A stretch of 64,000 nt of DNA, from the NCBI GenBank assembly GCA_963737265.1, contig CAVTRY010000022.1, positions 352,001 through 416,000 on the forward strand, written 5' to 3'. This stretch comes from an uncultured delta proteobacterium. Its GTDB lineage: Bacteria; Myxococcota_A; Polyangia; Fen-1088. The notes beneath the pieces were generated by a model. It saw only the letters and a list, made by a program, of their open reading frames with translations. It ran no database searches and had not been told where the DNA came from. This document shows positions 32,781-42,611 of the stretch, one piece after another (the stretch's first letter is position 1; the number at the start of each line of letters is the position of its first letter). The position numbers were made by a program, and so were the translations under genes.

Positions 32781-33697
32781 ATGGCGTTCCCAAGACTGAA
32801 GCAGCTCACAGCCCCGGCGACCGGCCGTAGCTTTCCAATAGGGGCTACGCTGATAAACGGCGGTACCAATTTCTCAATCTTCTCCCGGACTGCCGCCAGC
32901 ATTGAGCTGCTGCTTTTTGATAACGTGGATGACGCTCGCCCTTCCTGTGTGATTCCCATCGATCCCTTAGCGAACCGCACGTACCATTACTGGCACGTAT
33001 TCGTGCCCGGGGTGAAAGCGGGTCAGGTCTACGGATTCCGGGCCTTCGGGCCGTTCCAGCCAGATCGGGGTCTCAGGTTCGATCCATCCAAGCTACTGCT
33101 CGACCCGTATGCTCGTGCTATCGTGGTCCCCAAAAACTATTCCCGTGAGGCAGCCCGTCGGGAAGGCGACAACCTAGCGACGGCCATGAAGAGCGTGGTC
33201 ACGGACCCGCACGCGTATGACTGGGAAGGTGACGTGCCCCTGAAGCGGCCGTGGTCGCGCAGTATCATTTACGAGATGCATGTGCGCGGTTTTACCGCAC
33301 ATCCCAGCTCCGGTCTGCCAGAATCGAAACGTGGTACGTACGCCGCATTAGTCGACAAGATCCCCTACCTTCGGCAATTGGGGGTTACCGCGGTCGAGCT
33401 GCTTCCCGTCTTTCAGTTTGATCCCCAAGACGCGCCTCGGGGCCGAAGAAACTACTGGGGTTATTCCCCGGTTGCATTTTTTGCACCGCACCAGGCATAC
33501 AGCTCGCGTCAGGAACGGCTGGGCGCGGTTGATGAGTTTCGAGACATGGTGAAGGCGCTGCACCGAGCCGGCATCGAAGTGATTCTGGACGTAGTCTTTA
33601 ATCACACGGCGGAAGGCGGACAGGACGGCCCAACACAATGCTTCCGCGGACTTGATAATCCGACTTACTACCTCCTGGGGGCAGACCAATCACTTTA
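32781..33697 (+). pseudogene. glgX: glycogen debranching enzyme, N-terminal part only (joined in frame to a VirB4 fragment)
   Basis: CBM48 (WHVFVPG), YEMHVRGFT, NYWGYSP and DVVFNHTAEG; GH13 sequence stops after FRGLDNPTYYLL, before the catalytic residues. Confidence 0.9.
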
Positions 33698-35315
33698 CCG
33701 GGTAAGCGGCATTCACTCCTACTACGCCAGCGATGATGACAGGAATCGGACGAAGCTCGTGCTGGAGGCCCTGATCCGCTCCTTACCGGAGAGATCCATG
33801 CGCCTGCAAGTGCGATTTGAGATTGCCGAAGGAGCTGACGACCTGATCGCACGCTACAACCGGGAGCAACAGAATCCCAGCGCGGTTCTTCAGGCAGTAG
33901 ATCGCGAACAATCCGACCTCTGGCTGAAGAAAAACGCAGAGGGCTATTACCTGCAACAGCTGCTGCACTTCTACTTCATCTGGGACCCGCGCATCCACCA
34001 CCAGTCGCCGGAGGTGGAGTGGAAAAAGAAGATGCGCAGTTCGAGCTTCAGCATGTCGGCCAACAAGTGCATCGAGCGCAGCCGGAGAGAGCATGAGGAC
34101 CTGGTCGCCGAGTTCAACAGTCTGATGTCCGGAGTCGAGGCCTCGCTGCAGGCCACCGGCATGAAGATCGAGCGGCTCACGCAAAACGACATTTTCCTGG
34201 AGGTCAAGCGGGCCCTCAATCCGCTCGTGAACGACAAACGGCCGTTTCTTCCTCCGAGAGAATCGCTGGTGTACGAGAGTGCGCGAAGCCAGATGGCCAG
34301 CGTCAACATCGAGGATGAACTCGATGAGCACGTCAAGATCGGCGGACTACTGTACTCGTTCATCAGCCTGAAAGACCTTCCCGACGCCACCTTCCCTGGA
34401 GTGTTGCGGGAACTGGTGGTGATGGACTTCCCGATCATCATCAACGCCGAAGTTGTACTTCCCGATCAGACGAAGGCGGTGAAGCAGTACAAGAGCCGGC
34501 TGCGCAAAATGACTGCGGCACAGAAGGACATCCACGGAGGGTTCCGGCTCAATGTGGACGCCCAGGTGGCGGAGCATCAACTGATCAAGGTCCTGCAGGA
34601 GTTGATTTCGAGCTCGCTGAAATCCTGCCAGCTCAGCCTGACCATTGCCGTCCGCACCTCACGTGCAGCCCGCAATCGCTTTGAGGCGGAGGAAGCGGAA
34701 CGCACTCTTGCCGATCGCCGGCAGCGGGTGTTGCACGCCATCGGGCGCATGAACGGCGCACGCGGGATTCCGGAGACATTGGCGCAAAAGCGCTTCTTCT
34801 TTTCCAGTCTCCCGGGACTCGGTGAGATCAACAAGCGGGAAAAGGATGTTCTCACCCTTCACGCAGCCGACCTGCTGCCGGTGGAGATGCCATGGAAAGG
34901 AACGCCCAATTCTCCGTTGATGCTGTTTGAAACTCCCTACCGCCAGCTCATACCGTTCTCGCCGTTCGATTCCGGGTTGGGTGACGCCAACATGCTCATC
35001 ATGGCGAAGAGCGGTGGAGGCAAGACGTTCCTCGCGCAGCTCAAGCTGTTGATGATGGCACGTGCCCGTCCGCTGGTGTCGATTCTGGAGCGCGGGGATT
35101 CTTACGAACCGCTGGTCGATCTGATGGGCGGCCGTGTGATCAATGTCGATCTGGATGGCAGAGAGACGCTGAATCCGTGGGACCTCCCGGAAGGCGAGAC
35201 GGGTCCCAGCAATGAGAAGACGGCATTTCTGAAGAACCTGACGCGGCACATGCTCGGCGACAGTCATAACTCGGACACGTCGCTGCTGGACAACGTGCTC
35301 ACCGATGCGATTACG
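33697..35315 (+). pseudogene. virB4: VirB4/TraC-like type IV secretion ATPase, internal fragment
   Basis: 'FFFSSLPG', 'NMLIMAKSGGGKT' Walker A, 'ILERGDSYEPLVDLMGG' and 'LNPWDL'; both ends missing. Confidence 0.85.
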
Positions 35316-35457
35316 CAATCCTGCAATCGCTGATGTCCGCGCTTCAGATCACCGATCCGATGCAGTTTAACGGATCGTGGCTGCAGGCGTTTGTCGGCTC
35401 CAGCCAGATGATCGTGATGAGTGTCGCCAGCGTGCTGTTGGCGATCATGGTTGCCGG
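35312..35457 (+). pseudogene. hydrophobic fragment, probably VirB6/TrbL-like
   Basis: A frame absent from the ORF track reads YAILQSLMSALQITDPMQFNGSWLQAFVGSSQMIVMSVASVLLAIMVAG (TM-loop-TM); lies after virB4. Confidence 0.45.
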
Positions 35458-36077
35458 CTCTCAACCGATGGTGTCGCTGCCGTTGCCCAGGCGCAACTGC
35501 AGCTGAGAGGCACACTGGTCCTTCATTCGGAAACCGCTGCAAGAAACGGCGGGGATTTTGACTTCGATATGGTGTGCCTGGTCGAGGACAACCGTTTTCC
35601 ACGGTTCGTCGCAGACCGGTGCGCCTACGAGGAACAACACACCGCCACTAAGAAGAAGAACCCTAAACCTCCAGTCCCTGGTGGAACCTTCCGCAAGTTT
35701 CAATGCAGGCCCGCGGAAATCAGATCGGCGCCATAACCGATTTGAAGACCTCGTGCCTGGCAAAAGGAAGGCCAGACCTGGCGCGGGAATTGGTGGACCA
35801 GCTTCAGAATGCGCTGGATCAACTGAAGCACGGTACCCAACCCGATCAGGAGGTCATCCGCAATATCCGCAACGATGTGCCCACAGCGCCTTGGCTGAAG
35901 CTGAAACAGAAACGACGGATCGAAGACATGGACGAGCACATTGAAGTCGATGCCAACGATAAGGTCGGAAGACTCTACAACTTCACGCGCAAGGAACTGG
36001 GGCGGTTCTTCGGTAGTGCCGCCACGGCGCGCTTGAGCGATTTCCGGGGAGTAATCGGAGGTCAGAGCTTTAACTAA
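35458..36077 (+). CDS. fragment of a putative single-subunit two-barrel RNA polymerase (RdRP/QDE-1/YonO-like), frameshift near 35675
   Basis: GTLVLH...NGGDFDFDMVCLV (motif at 35548-35568), then GNQIGAITD...LARELVDQLQNALDQLKHG...APWL...KVGRLY. Confidence 0.65.
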
Positions 36078-36086
36078 CCATAACCG

Positions 36087-36116
36087 TCCAGGAGACTTCG
36101 GAGGGAGTCTCCTGGA
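36087..36116. terminator. perfect 11-bp stem-loop, possible terminator or regulatory hairpin
   Basis: TCCAGGAGACT-tcggaggg-AGTCTCCTGGA; no U-tract. Confidence 0.45.
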
Positions 36117-36154
36117 TGTACAACATTCGGACTGAAGGAAGGAACAAACAAGCC

Positions 36155-37034
36155 ATGAGACGCGTTGTGTTGATGTTCGCAGTGCTGGCCGCGGTACTTG
36201 TCCCGGCTGTTGCGCAGAAGATTGAGACCGAAACCAGTGACCGCACCCGCATCGTCCATCTGAAGACGGCGTTGAACCACCTCACGGTCATCGAGGTCGG
36301 CGAACCGGTCGTGCAGGTGGCAGCCGGGAGCCCATCATTCAAGGTCGAGTGGCGGGAAAACAAGGTATTTGTCCAGCCCACCGAAGCCGATGCCGCAACC
36401 AACTTGTTCATCTGGACGGCCAATCAGCGCCTGAACTACGAACTGGAGCCCGCCGACTCGGTGACAAACATGGACTTTGCCGTCGACCAGGCGCCTGTGC
36501 ACCTGGAGCCGGTTAAGCCGACGGCTGCGACTGCGCCTGTCCCGGTTTCGCCATCGATAACCGAACTGCTGCTCACGGGAAAGCCAATTCGACTTCTGCC
36601 CTCAAAGCAGCGCGCCTCGAAGCCGGTCGAGGTGTGGATCAGCGACCTGTACGAAAAAGATGGCCGCCTGTTGGTTCGCTACACCGTCTGCAACCACGGC
36701 ACCGAACCATACGCCATTGACACCCCGCTGGTGTACCAGTTGGACGGGGTGCGGTCTGCCCAGTCCTTGTACGGCCTACAGAACTCGCAGTTGGGCGACG
36801 AGCAAGCGGCCAAGCTCAAGATCAAGCAAGAGACGCCGGTGAAGAGTGCTGGATGGTCAGACCCAGACCGCGCGGATTGCTCCGGGCGAAGAAGCGGTTG
36901 GCGTGGTGGCCCTGGAGATGGCGTCAGGCACACAACCCACAGTCCTGCGCTTCCAGTTCTCCAGCTCCAAGCAATCGGAAGACGGATTGAGCAATGGCCC
37001 ACAGACTCAGATCGCCGCATTTCTGGTGCGATAA
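36155..37034 (+). CDS. TrbG/VirB9/TraK-like conjugative outer-membrane core protein, frameshift near 36845
   Basis: Signal peptide; 'LTVIEVGEPV...G...F.VE...NKVFVQP...TNLFIWT...YEL' beta-sandwich; continuation 36846-37034. Confidence 0.7.
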
Positions 37035-37061
37035 GCGCCGAAGCGCAACCAGAGGCAAAAC

Positions 37062-37286
37062 ATGGCAGATCCATTCACCGTCAAGCCGGTTTACAACGCG
37101 CTGAGCCAATACATCCGCAATCGAGCGGACATTGGTGCGGGCAGGGCCATGCGTGACGGTGTGCTGGAACCTTCCAACCCGTTTGAACGAAAAGCCGCGA
37201 GGCCACCCAGACGCTGGTTTGTGTTGTTGTCTCTCCTCGCCGCGATGGTGTTTGGCTTCTTTGTTTACTTTAACAACCTCCTGTAA
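37062..37286 (+). CDS. small protein with C-terminal TM helix
   Basis: GAGG RBS and a 74-aa ORF in the transfer operon. Confidence 0.55.
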   Translation: MADPFTVKPVYNALSQYIRNRADIGAGRAMRDGVLEPSNPFERKAARPPRRWFVLLSLLAAMVFGFFVYFNNLL

Positions 37287-37289
37287 GGC

Positions 37290-37533
37290 TATGAATATGA
37301 ACGATAAAAACGATGCAAACGAAGTAAACCTCCCGCCCCAACCGAGCTGGGCAGCGATGCGCGAGAGCAGATTCGCGACTGGGAGTTTCTCTTCTGGGCT
37401 TTCCTGCTGTTCGGCTTGGCTCGGCTGGCTGGCTGTATCTCTACCGGCCGGAGAACAATGCCTTTCATTTGGGCCTCTCGTGCGGGTTCGTGTTCTGCGG
37501 CGTCCTGGGGTTTCTCATGCGCTGGGTGTTTAG
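37290..37533 (+). CDS. small membrane protein, apparently multiply frameshifted
   Basis: MNMNDKND start; hydrophobic WEFLFWAFLLFGL lies in another frame; directly upstream of virD4. Confidence 0.3.
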
Positions 37534-37554
37534 CCCGAAGAGGAGGAAATAATA

Positions 37555-39339
37555 ATGATGCGCGAATCGTACGCCAACCGGCAGCAGAACCCGCCAGTCC
37601 TGGAGAGCATGGAGATCGTGGTCGCCCTCGTTCTGATGGCGGTGTGCTGGTTCTCCTGGTACGTAGCCCACGAGCGTTACAACTTGACGAACCGCCAGAT
37701 TGCCGAGGTGGCATGCTACCTGGCTCTCGGCGGCTTGGCCATCGCCGGCTCCGCCATATTGATTGCCACCGCGCGCTCCCGCCGGGAGAAGCAATGGCCC
37801 CATCCACCGATGGTTGTCTCCCGCAAACGGGACGAGCAGTTTACGTCCGAAGCCTGGAAGCAAGACGCCGTGGTCCTCGGCTACGACATCCACGGCAAGC
37901 CTTGGTACTGGCCGGACAGAGTGCGCGTCATGCAGGGCATCGTGCTGGGCATGACCGGGTCCGGCAAGACCACGCTTCTGAAGAACATCATTACGCAGGA
38001 CATGGCGCGCGTGGTCGGCACTCCGAAGGATCCACACCGGTTGCCGATGGTGATCTTTGATGGCAAGGGGGATCTCGAGTTCTTTTACGATCTTCTGCCG
38101 CACGTCCACCGAGCCGGACGGCTGCATCAACTGCGAGTCCTGAATCCCGCGCGCCCGGATATTTCCGTCCGGTACAACCCGTTCTACTGCAACGACGAGG
38201 ACTACATGGCCGTCGTCAACATGGTCTTCGGCTCCTTCAACCTGCACGACGAGTTCTTTGCCAAGCACCAGTTGAACTATCTGGCCGACATCGTTCGCGT
38301 GCTGGTGTACACCGGCCGGAAGATCAACGTCTATGACGTGCTGGTCGCGGCCATTGACGAACAGGTGCTGCGCGAACAGGTCGAAAAGGCACGTCAGCGA
38401 CTGGAACACGACCCATCCATTCCCGTGCAGCGCCGCCTGAACTTCGAGATGTCGGTTAGAAACCTCTACCAGTCGTTTGCAGACCGCGAGCGTGTGCCAA
38501 AGATCCAGGGCTTGGTCAACGAGTGTATGACGCTTCTCGACGATGAACTGAGCGTGATCACCGGCCCGTACGAGGATCTGTTGTCGCTGGATGAAGTGAT
38601 CGAGCAGGAGCTGATCCTGTTCGTCACCTTGAACGTCAACAAGAACACCGAGCCGGTACGGGCTCTGGGGAAGATGCTGTTGCAAAACCTGCAACTGGTC
38701 GTTGGCAAACGGTACGAGAGTGAGGAACAGCGGCGGCGCACCAACCGCCCGATGTTCAGCGTCGTGTTGGACGAGTTTGCGCCGTTCGGATACCGGAACT
38801 TCGCACAGATCCTGCAGACCGCCCGCGGCACTCACACGGCGTTTCTGTTCTCAATGCAAAGCCTGCCGCAACTGATGCAGGTCGGCCGGGGCTTTAAGGA
38901 AGACGTAACCTCGGCGCCGAACACGACTCTGACGTTGCGCACCCGCGACGAGGAAACGGCCCGCTATTTCTTGCGGGCCTCGGCCGAGCACACCGTCACC
39001 CGGCGCAGCGTGTCGATGCACCGCCAGCGACTATTTGGTTACGAGAAGTACGAGGCAACCGACCGGGCCACGGAGAGCGAAGACCGTGAGACCCGCGCAC
39101 TCGATGAGCACATCAAGAATCTTCCCAAGGGACAGATGGAGATTCTGATGACGGATGACACGCGCGGCACATTGCACCAGTTGTTGCACGTCCGTCCGCC
39201 GCAGGATGTCACCTTCCCGAACTTCGAGCCGAAGTTGTACCCGCGGCTGCTGGAATCCGTGGAGGAATCAGCTGGCGCGAACCTGCGGTTCAAAACGCCT
39301 GAGTTGGCGGCAACCACCCGTTTTGCCCGTCGCGGATAA
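37555..39339 (+). CDS. virD4: VirD4/TraD type IV coupling protein
   Basis: Two N-terminal TM helices, GMTGSGKT Walker A, FDGKGD, YNP, VVLDEF Walker B and MQSLPQL. Confidence 0.92.
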   Translation: MMRESYANRQQNPPVLESMEIVVALVLMAVCWFSWYVAHERYNLTNRQIAEVACYLALGGLAIAGSAILIATARSRREKQWPHPPMVVSRKRDEQFTSEAWKQDAVVLGYDIHGKPWYWPDRVRVMQGIVLGMTGSGKTTLLKNIITQDMARVVGTPKDPHRLPMVIFDGKGDLEFFYDLLPHVHRAGRLHQLRVLNPARPDISVRYNPFYCNDEDYMAVVNMVFGSFNLHDEFFAKHQLNYLADIVRVLVYTGRKINVYDVLVAAIDEQVLREQVEKARQRLEHDPSIPVQRRLNFEMSVRNLYQSFADRERVPKIQGLVNECMTLLDDELSVITGPYEDLLSLDEVIEQELILFVTLNVNKNTEPVRALGKMLLQNLQLVVGKRYESEEQRRRTNRPMFSVVLDEFAPFGYRNFAQILQTARGTHTAFLFSMQSLPQLMQVGRGFKEDVTSAPNTTLTLRTRDEETARYFLRASAEHTVTRRSVSMHRQRLFGYEKYEATDRATESEDRETRALDEHIKNLPKGQMEILMTDDTRGTLHQLLHVRPPQDVTFPNFEPKLYPRLLESVEESAGANLRFKTPELAATTRFARRG

Positions 39340-39356
39340 GGAGAGAGGACACGACC

Positions 39357-40173
39357 ATGAAGCGAACGATCGCAATCGTCACACTCGCAGTGGTGGGACT
39401 GATCACAGCCGGTCCTGCCATCGCACAGCAACGGCCGCAATCTCCGGTTGCGTTACGTGGGCAACGACAGGCGCAGCCCCAGGGGCAACGACAAGCTCCG
39501 CCGGCGCGTCCGATGTACCAACGCCGTGACACCTGGTACGAGTTCCTGCTCAAGCAGTTTAATCCCAGCAATTTCGATTACGGCGCGTGGATCGAAGAAC
39601 GGCGTCAGGTGTTCCTCGACGCAAGCGTGCGGAACCCGTACTTCAAGTACAGCTTCGGCACGACGATTGCGCTGCATGTTCATGGCCGTGCTGTGCACCA
39701 AGCAATGGATCGACCACCGTCGCGCCATGTGGATTACGGCGGAGATGATGACGGATTTGTACAACCACGATCTCTACTCGCGGGAAGTCGCTGAGAAGGC
39801 GATCCAGAAATACAACCAGCACATCGAACGCTGCAACCGCGCAATCGAAGCTGCCCAACATGGTAGTGCGCTACCGGTGGCGACTGCAGACGCGGATCAA
39901 CTTAACGCCCAACTGCAAAAGACCGCAGGCGAACTTAACGTGGCAAACACGGACAACGCCGCTCTCCAGGAACAGCTGACGCAGAAGTCCAACGTGATTG
40001 TGGAGTTGTCCTTGCGAGTGGACGCTCTGTTAAAGAAGAATGGCGGAAACTTGGCAAGCTTGCAGCCGATTGATCTGAGCGGTGCTGACCCTAACCTGAT
40101 AAAGCATATCAACGACCTGCAAGAGCAACTGGTTGTCGAGCGCAAGAAAAACCGGCAACTCAAGGGTGCATAA
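39357..40173 (+). CDS. signal peptide/TM/coiled-coil hypothetical protein, frameshift near 39675
   Basis: ORF 39357-39794 N-terminus joins ORF 39448-40173 C-terminus across a hydrophobic segment. Confidence 0.6.
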
Positions 40174-40175
40174 CG

Positions 40176-40721
40176 GTGCTGGTCGCGGTGACAGAATTTG
40201 GCAGCGTGTGGCGCAGGCGATTCAGCAAGAACGAACATGACCTGAACCGGTTTGCCCATGGAGCCTACTTCAACACAACCGGTGTGATGGTGAACGGCCA
40301 CGTGCGACAGCGCCCGCTAGTTCTTGGTTACGCAAAGTTCAACGGCGCCGGCGGCTTCGATCCTAACTTTCCTTCCCGAATGATCAATCGTGTTTTCGAG
40401 TGTGCCGATATGTGCGTCTGGAATGGCGCGAACAAACTTCTGTTCCGGCGACTCCTTCCTCACGGCGAGGTGCCTGACTTGTTCCTGGTTGTCGCTCGGC
40501 CTGATGTCACTGGAAGACTATTGATGGGTTCGGAGGGCTGGCGGTCCGACGACACCTGGCTGCTGGCGTTCAGCGAAGACGGGCAACGGCAGGAAGCCAT
40601 GTTGCTAATGCCGGCACATGCTTGGATCCGTAGCGTGCTGGGAACGTTCGTACTGGAACCGCGCTCAACTCCATGGATTGCAACCTTGCGCCTGCAGGAC
40701 TGCGCCAAGGCGGCGAGGTGA
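40176..40721 (+). CDS. hypothetical protein of the transfer operon
   Basis: 181-aa ORF tightly packed between its neighbours. Confidence 0.65.
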   Translation: MLVAVTEFGSVWRRRFSKNEHDLNRFAHGAYFNTTGVMVNGHVRQRPLVLGYAKFNGAGGFDPNFPSRMINRVFECADMCVWNGANKLLFRRLLPHGEVPDLFLVVARPDVTGRLLMGSEGWRSDDTWLLAFSEDGQRQEAMLLMPAHAWIRSVLGTFVLEPRSTPWIATLRLQDCAKAAR

Positions 40722-40724
40722 GAT

Positions 40725-41492
40725 GTGCGCTACCCGAAAGACAGTCTGCACTTGGGCCGCGAACATGATTATCCTTTACTGCGGCAGCTTGCGCACTCCC
40801 GCTTTGCCACGCGCAGCCAACTGTTCGAATACATGCAGCTACGCGGTTGTAGCGAATGCCGCCGGTCATTCAACTGGAGAACCCAAAGGCTCATTCAGCA
40901 TGACCTTGTCAGCAGACGGACGGTGCCCGCGTTGGGAGCGGAGTACGTCTACGCGCTGACGACGCATGGCGCCGTAACTCTGGAAGAGATCGAGCAGCGC
41001 TTCTCGCTCTCGCTGAGTGCGGATCGCAACCAGGGTGAAGACCTGAGCGTGATCCACTCGGTCGAACTCAACAACATCGAACTGCGAGTGGCAAAAGCCG
41101 GGCTGTTGGCACGATGGATCCCGGAAGCAGAGATCCGCTCGGAGAACGCACTGACAAACCTGGCCTACAGGAAAGAATACGACGCCGTTGTCACGTTGCG
41201 GCTCGGCAGCCGCGAGGTGACATTTGCGTTGGAGTACGAACGGACGCCCAAGTCTCGAAGTAAATATGACAAGATCGCGGAGGATATGTGCCGGGAAGAA
41301 AACGTGGATCACTTCCTGTACTTGACTGCCAACGAGCATTTGCTGAGGTTCGCGTCCTGGTCCTTCCGAGATCTTCAGCGGCGTGTCTATTTCGGGCTTG
41401 TCACAGACTGGCACCGGCAGTTGCTCGACATGCCAGCCTTCAGTTGGAAGGCGAAACGGTATGTTCCACTCAAGACTTTGCTTGCTCAATGA
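40725..41492 (+). CDS. replication-relaxation family protein (Replic_Relax, MOB-L-type relaxase)
   Basis: N-terminal wHTH (FATRSQL...YVYALT..G), HSVELN, and YDAVV...ALEYERTPK PD-(D/E)xK-like core; downstream of virD4. Confidence 0.82.
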   Translation: MRYPKDSLHLGREHDYPLLRQLAHSRFATRSQLFEYMQLRGCSECRRSFNWRTQRLIQHDLVSRRTVPALGAEYVYALTTHGAVTLEEIEQRFSLSLSADRNQGEDLSVIHSVELNNIELRVAKAGLLARWIPEAEIRSENALTNLAYRKEYDAVVTLRLGSREVTFALEYERTPKSRSKYDKIAEDMCREENVDHFLYLTANEHLLRFASWSFRDLQRRVYFGLVTDWHRQLLDMPAFSWKAKRYVPLKTLLAQ

Positions 41493-41799
41493 CGGCGCGG
41501 CCACACGCGAACTTTCTCCAGTTTTGGCCCCAAACGACAATGGCGACGCGACGGAACCAACTCAATAGTCTCTTGGAACAAATGGGACTTGGCCCGAGGC
41601 ACCAGACGTTGGCTGAGCTGTCTGGCGGTTCTGGCAGCCGAGGTTTAAGCGGTATGCCTACCCTTTGCCTGCCTGTTGTCTGCTCATTGCCTGCTCGGGG
41701 GTACTCGCAACTATTCGTATTCTCAATGAGATGCGGCTTGACTACTCCCCCATTCATGCAGGTTTTGCCTATAAAACGACGGAACAGTTGTGGCATTCG

Positions 41800-42490
41800 C
41801 GCGCGCTATTGCGATGCATTGTGTGCAGCCATGATGACGCAGTTCTTGTACATGCTGAGTTGCTCGTTCCGGTTAGGTGTTCCGGCAGTTGCGGCGAAAC
41901 TGTGCGCGCGCAAGTTGCACAAGCTGGTCCGGCGACACGCGCGGGTTGTGCGCACAGCAGTGGTTCGGTTTGGGCGATGAATGTACACGGCTATCGTTCG
42001 AGCCGCGCGGCGCTGTGTTGTGCGACTGATCCACCAGCATCGGTGGGGACATCCGTTGCCAATTGTTGTTACTTACGCGCTGGTTGTTGCCGAACCGTGT
42101 GCATGGGCTGGTGCAAGACGAGTGGCAAGGTGCAAGCTCGTTTGAGATTCACTCTGCGTGGTCAGTCTGCGCCGTCGTGTGCACACTGCTGTGTAAGGAT
42201 GCGCATCAGATGCACGCGGCTGTCGATTCCGGCTGCGAACGAGAATGCGCAGCTGATGTGCGAATCTTCGAACTACGGCCGTGTGCCGGTTGCCACGGAT
42301 GTTAACGGCGTTGTGGTGATGCTCGGGAGATGGACGTGCTCTTAGCACTCATGCACCGCTTGTTACATGGCGACCATACATTCCGGTTTGCTCACTCAGG
42401 ATGAATCAGGGATCAACTTGCGTACGCTCCCCCCACACCCACTGTGAGCGAACGAGTTCACTCGTTGCGGTTCGCTTACCGGGGAGACTA
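41800..42490. promoter_or_regulatory. candidate oriT/relaxosome-binding region
   Basis: Non-coding stretch after the relaxase with 11 TGTGC/GCACA motifs in 41822-42286, 10-bp palindromes and nested hairpins at 42444-42479. Confidence 0.45.
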
Positions 42491-42611
42491 GAGACAAATA
42501 TAATCAGCCGACGCCGGGTCGGTGGGTCTGGCGCAAGGGCAAACCTATTTCGTTTCTGGTGACGAATTGGTCACGGGTGTTCCTCGGCCTGTGCTGAAAA
42601 GAAACGGTTGC

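Noticed and set aside
32772-35333. Novel functional carbohydrate-enzyme/T4SS ATPase fusion
   Set aside because: Both halves are truncated and lack essential motifs, and the window has several other mid-gene joins; treated as a chimera.
41470-42348. Cys-rich ORFs (e.g. 41665-42345, 41288-41980)
   Set aside because: Cys richness follows from the TGT/TGC motif enrichment; there is no RBS or recognisable domain.
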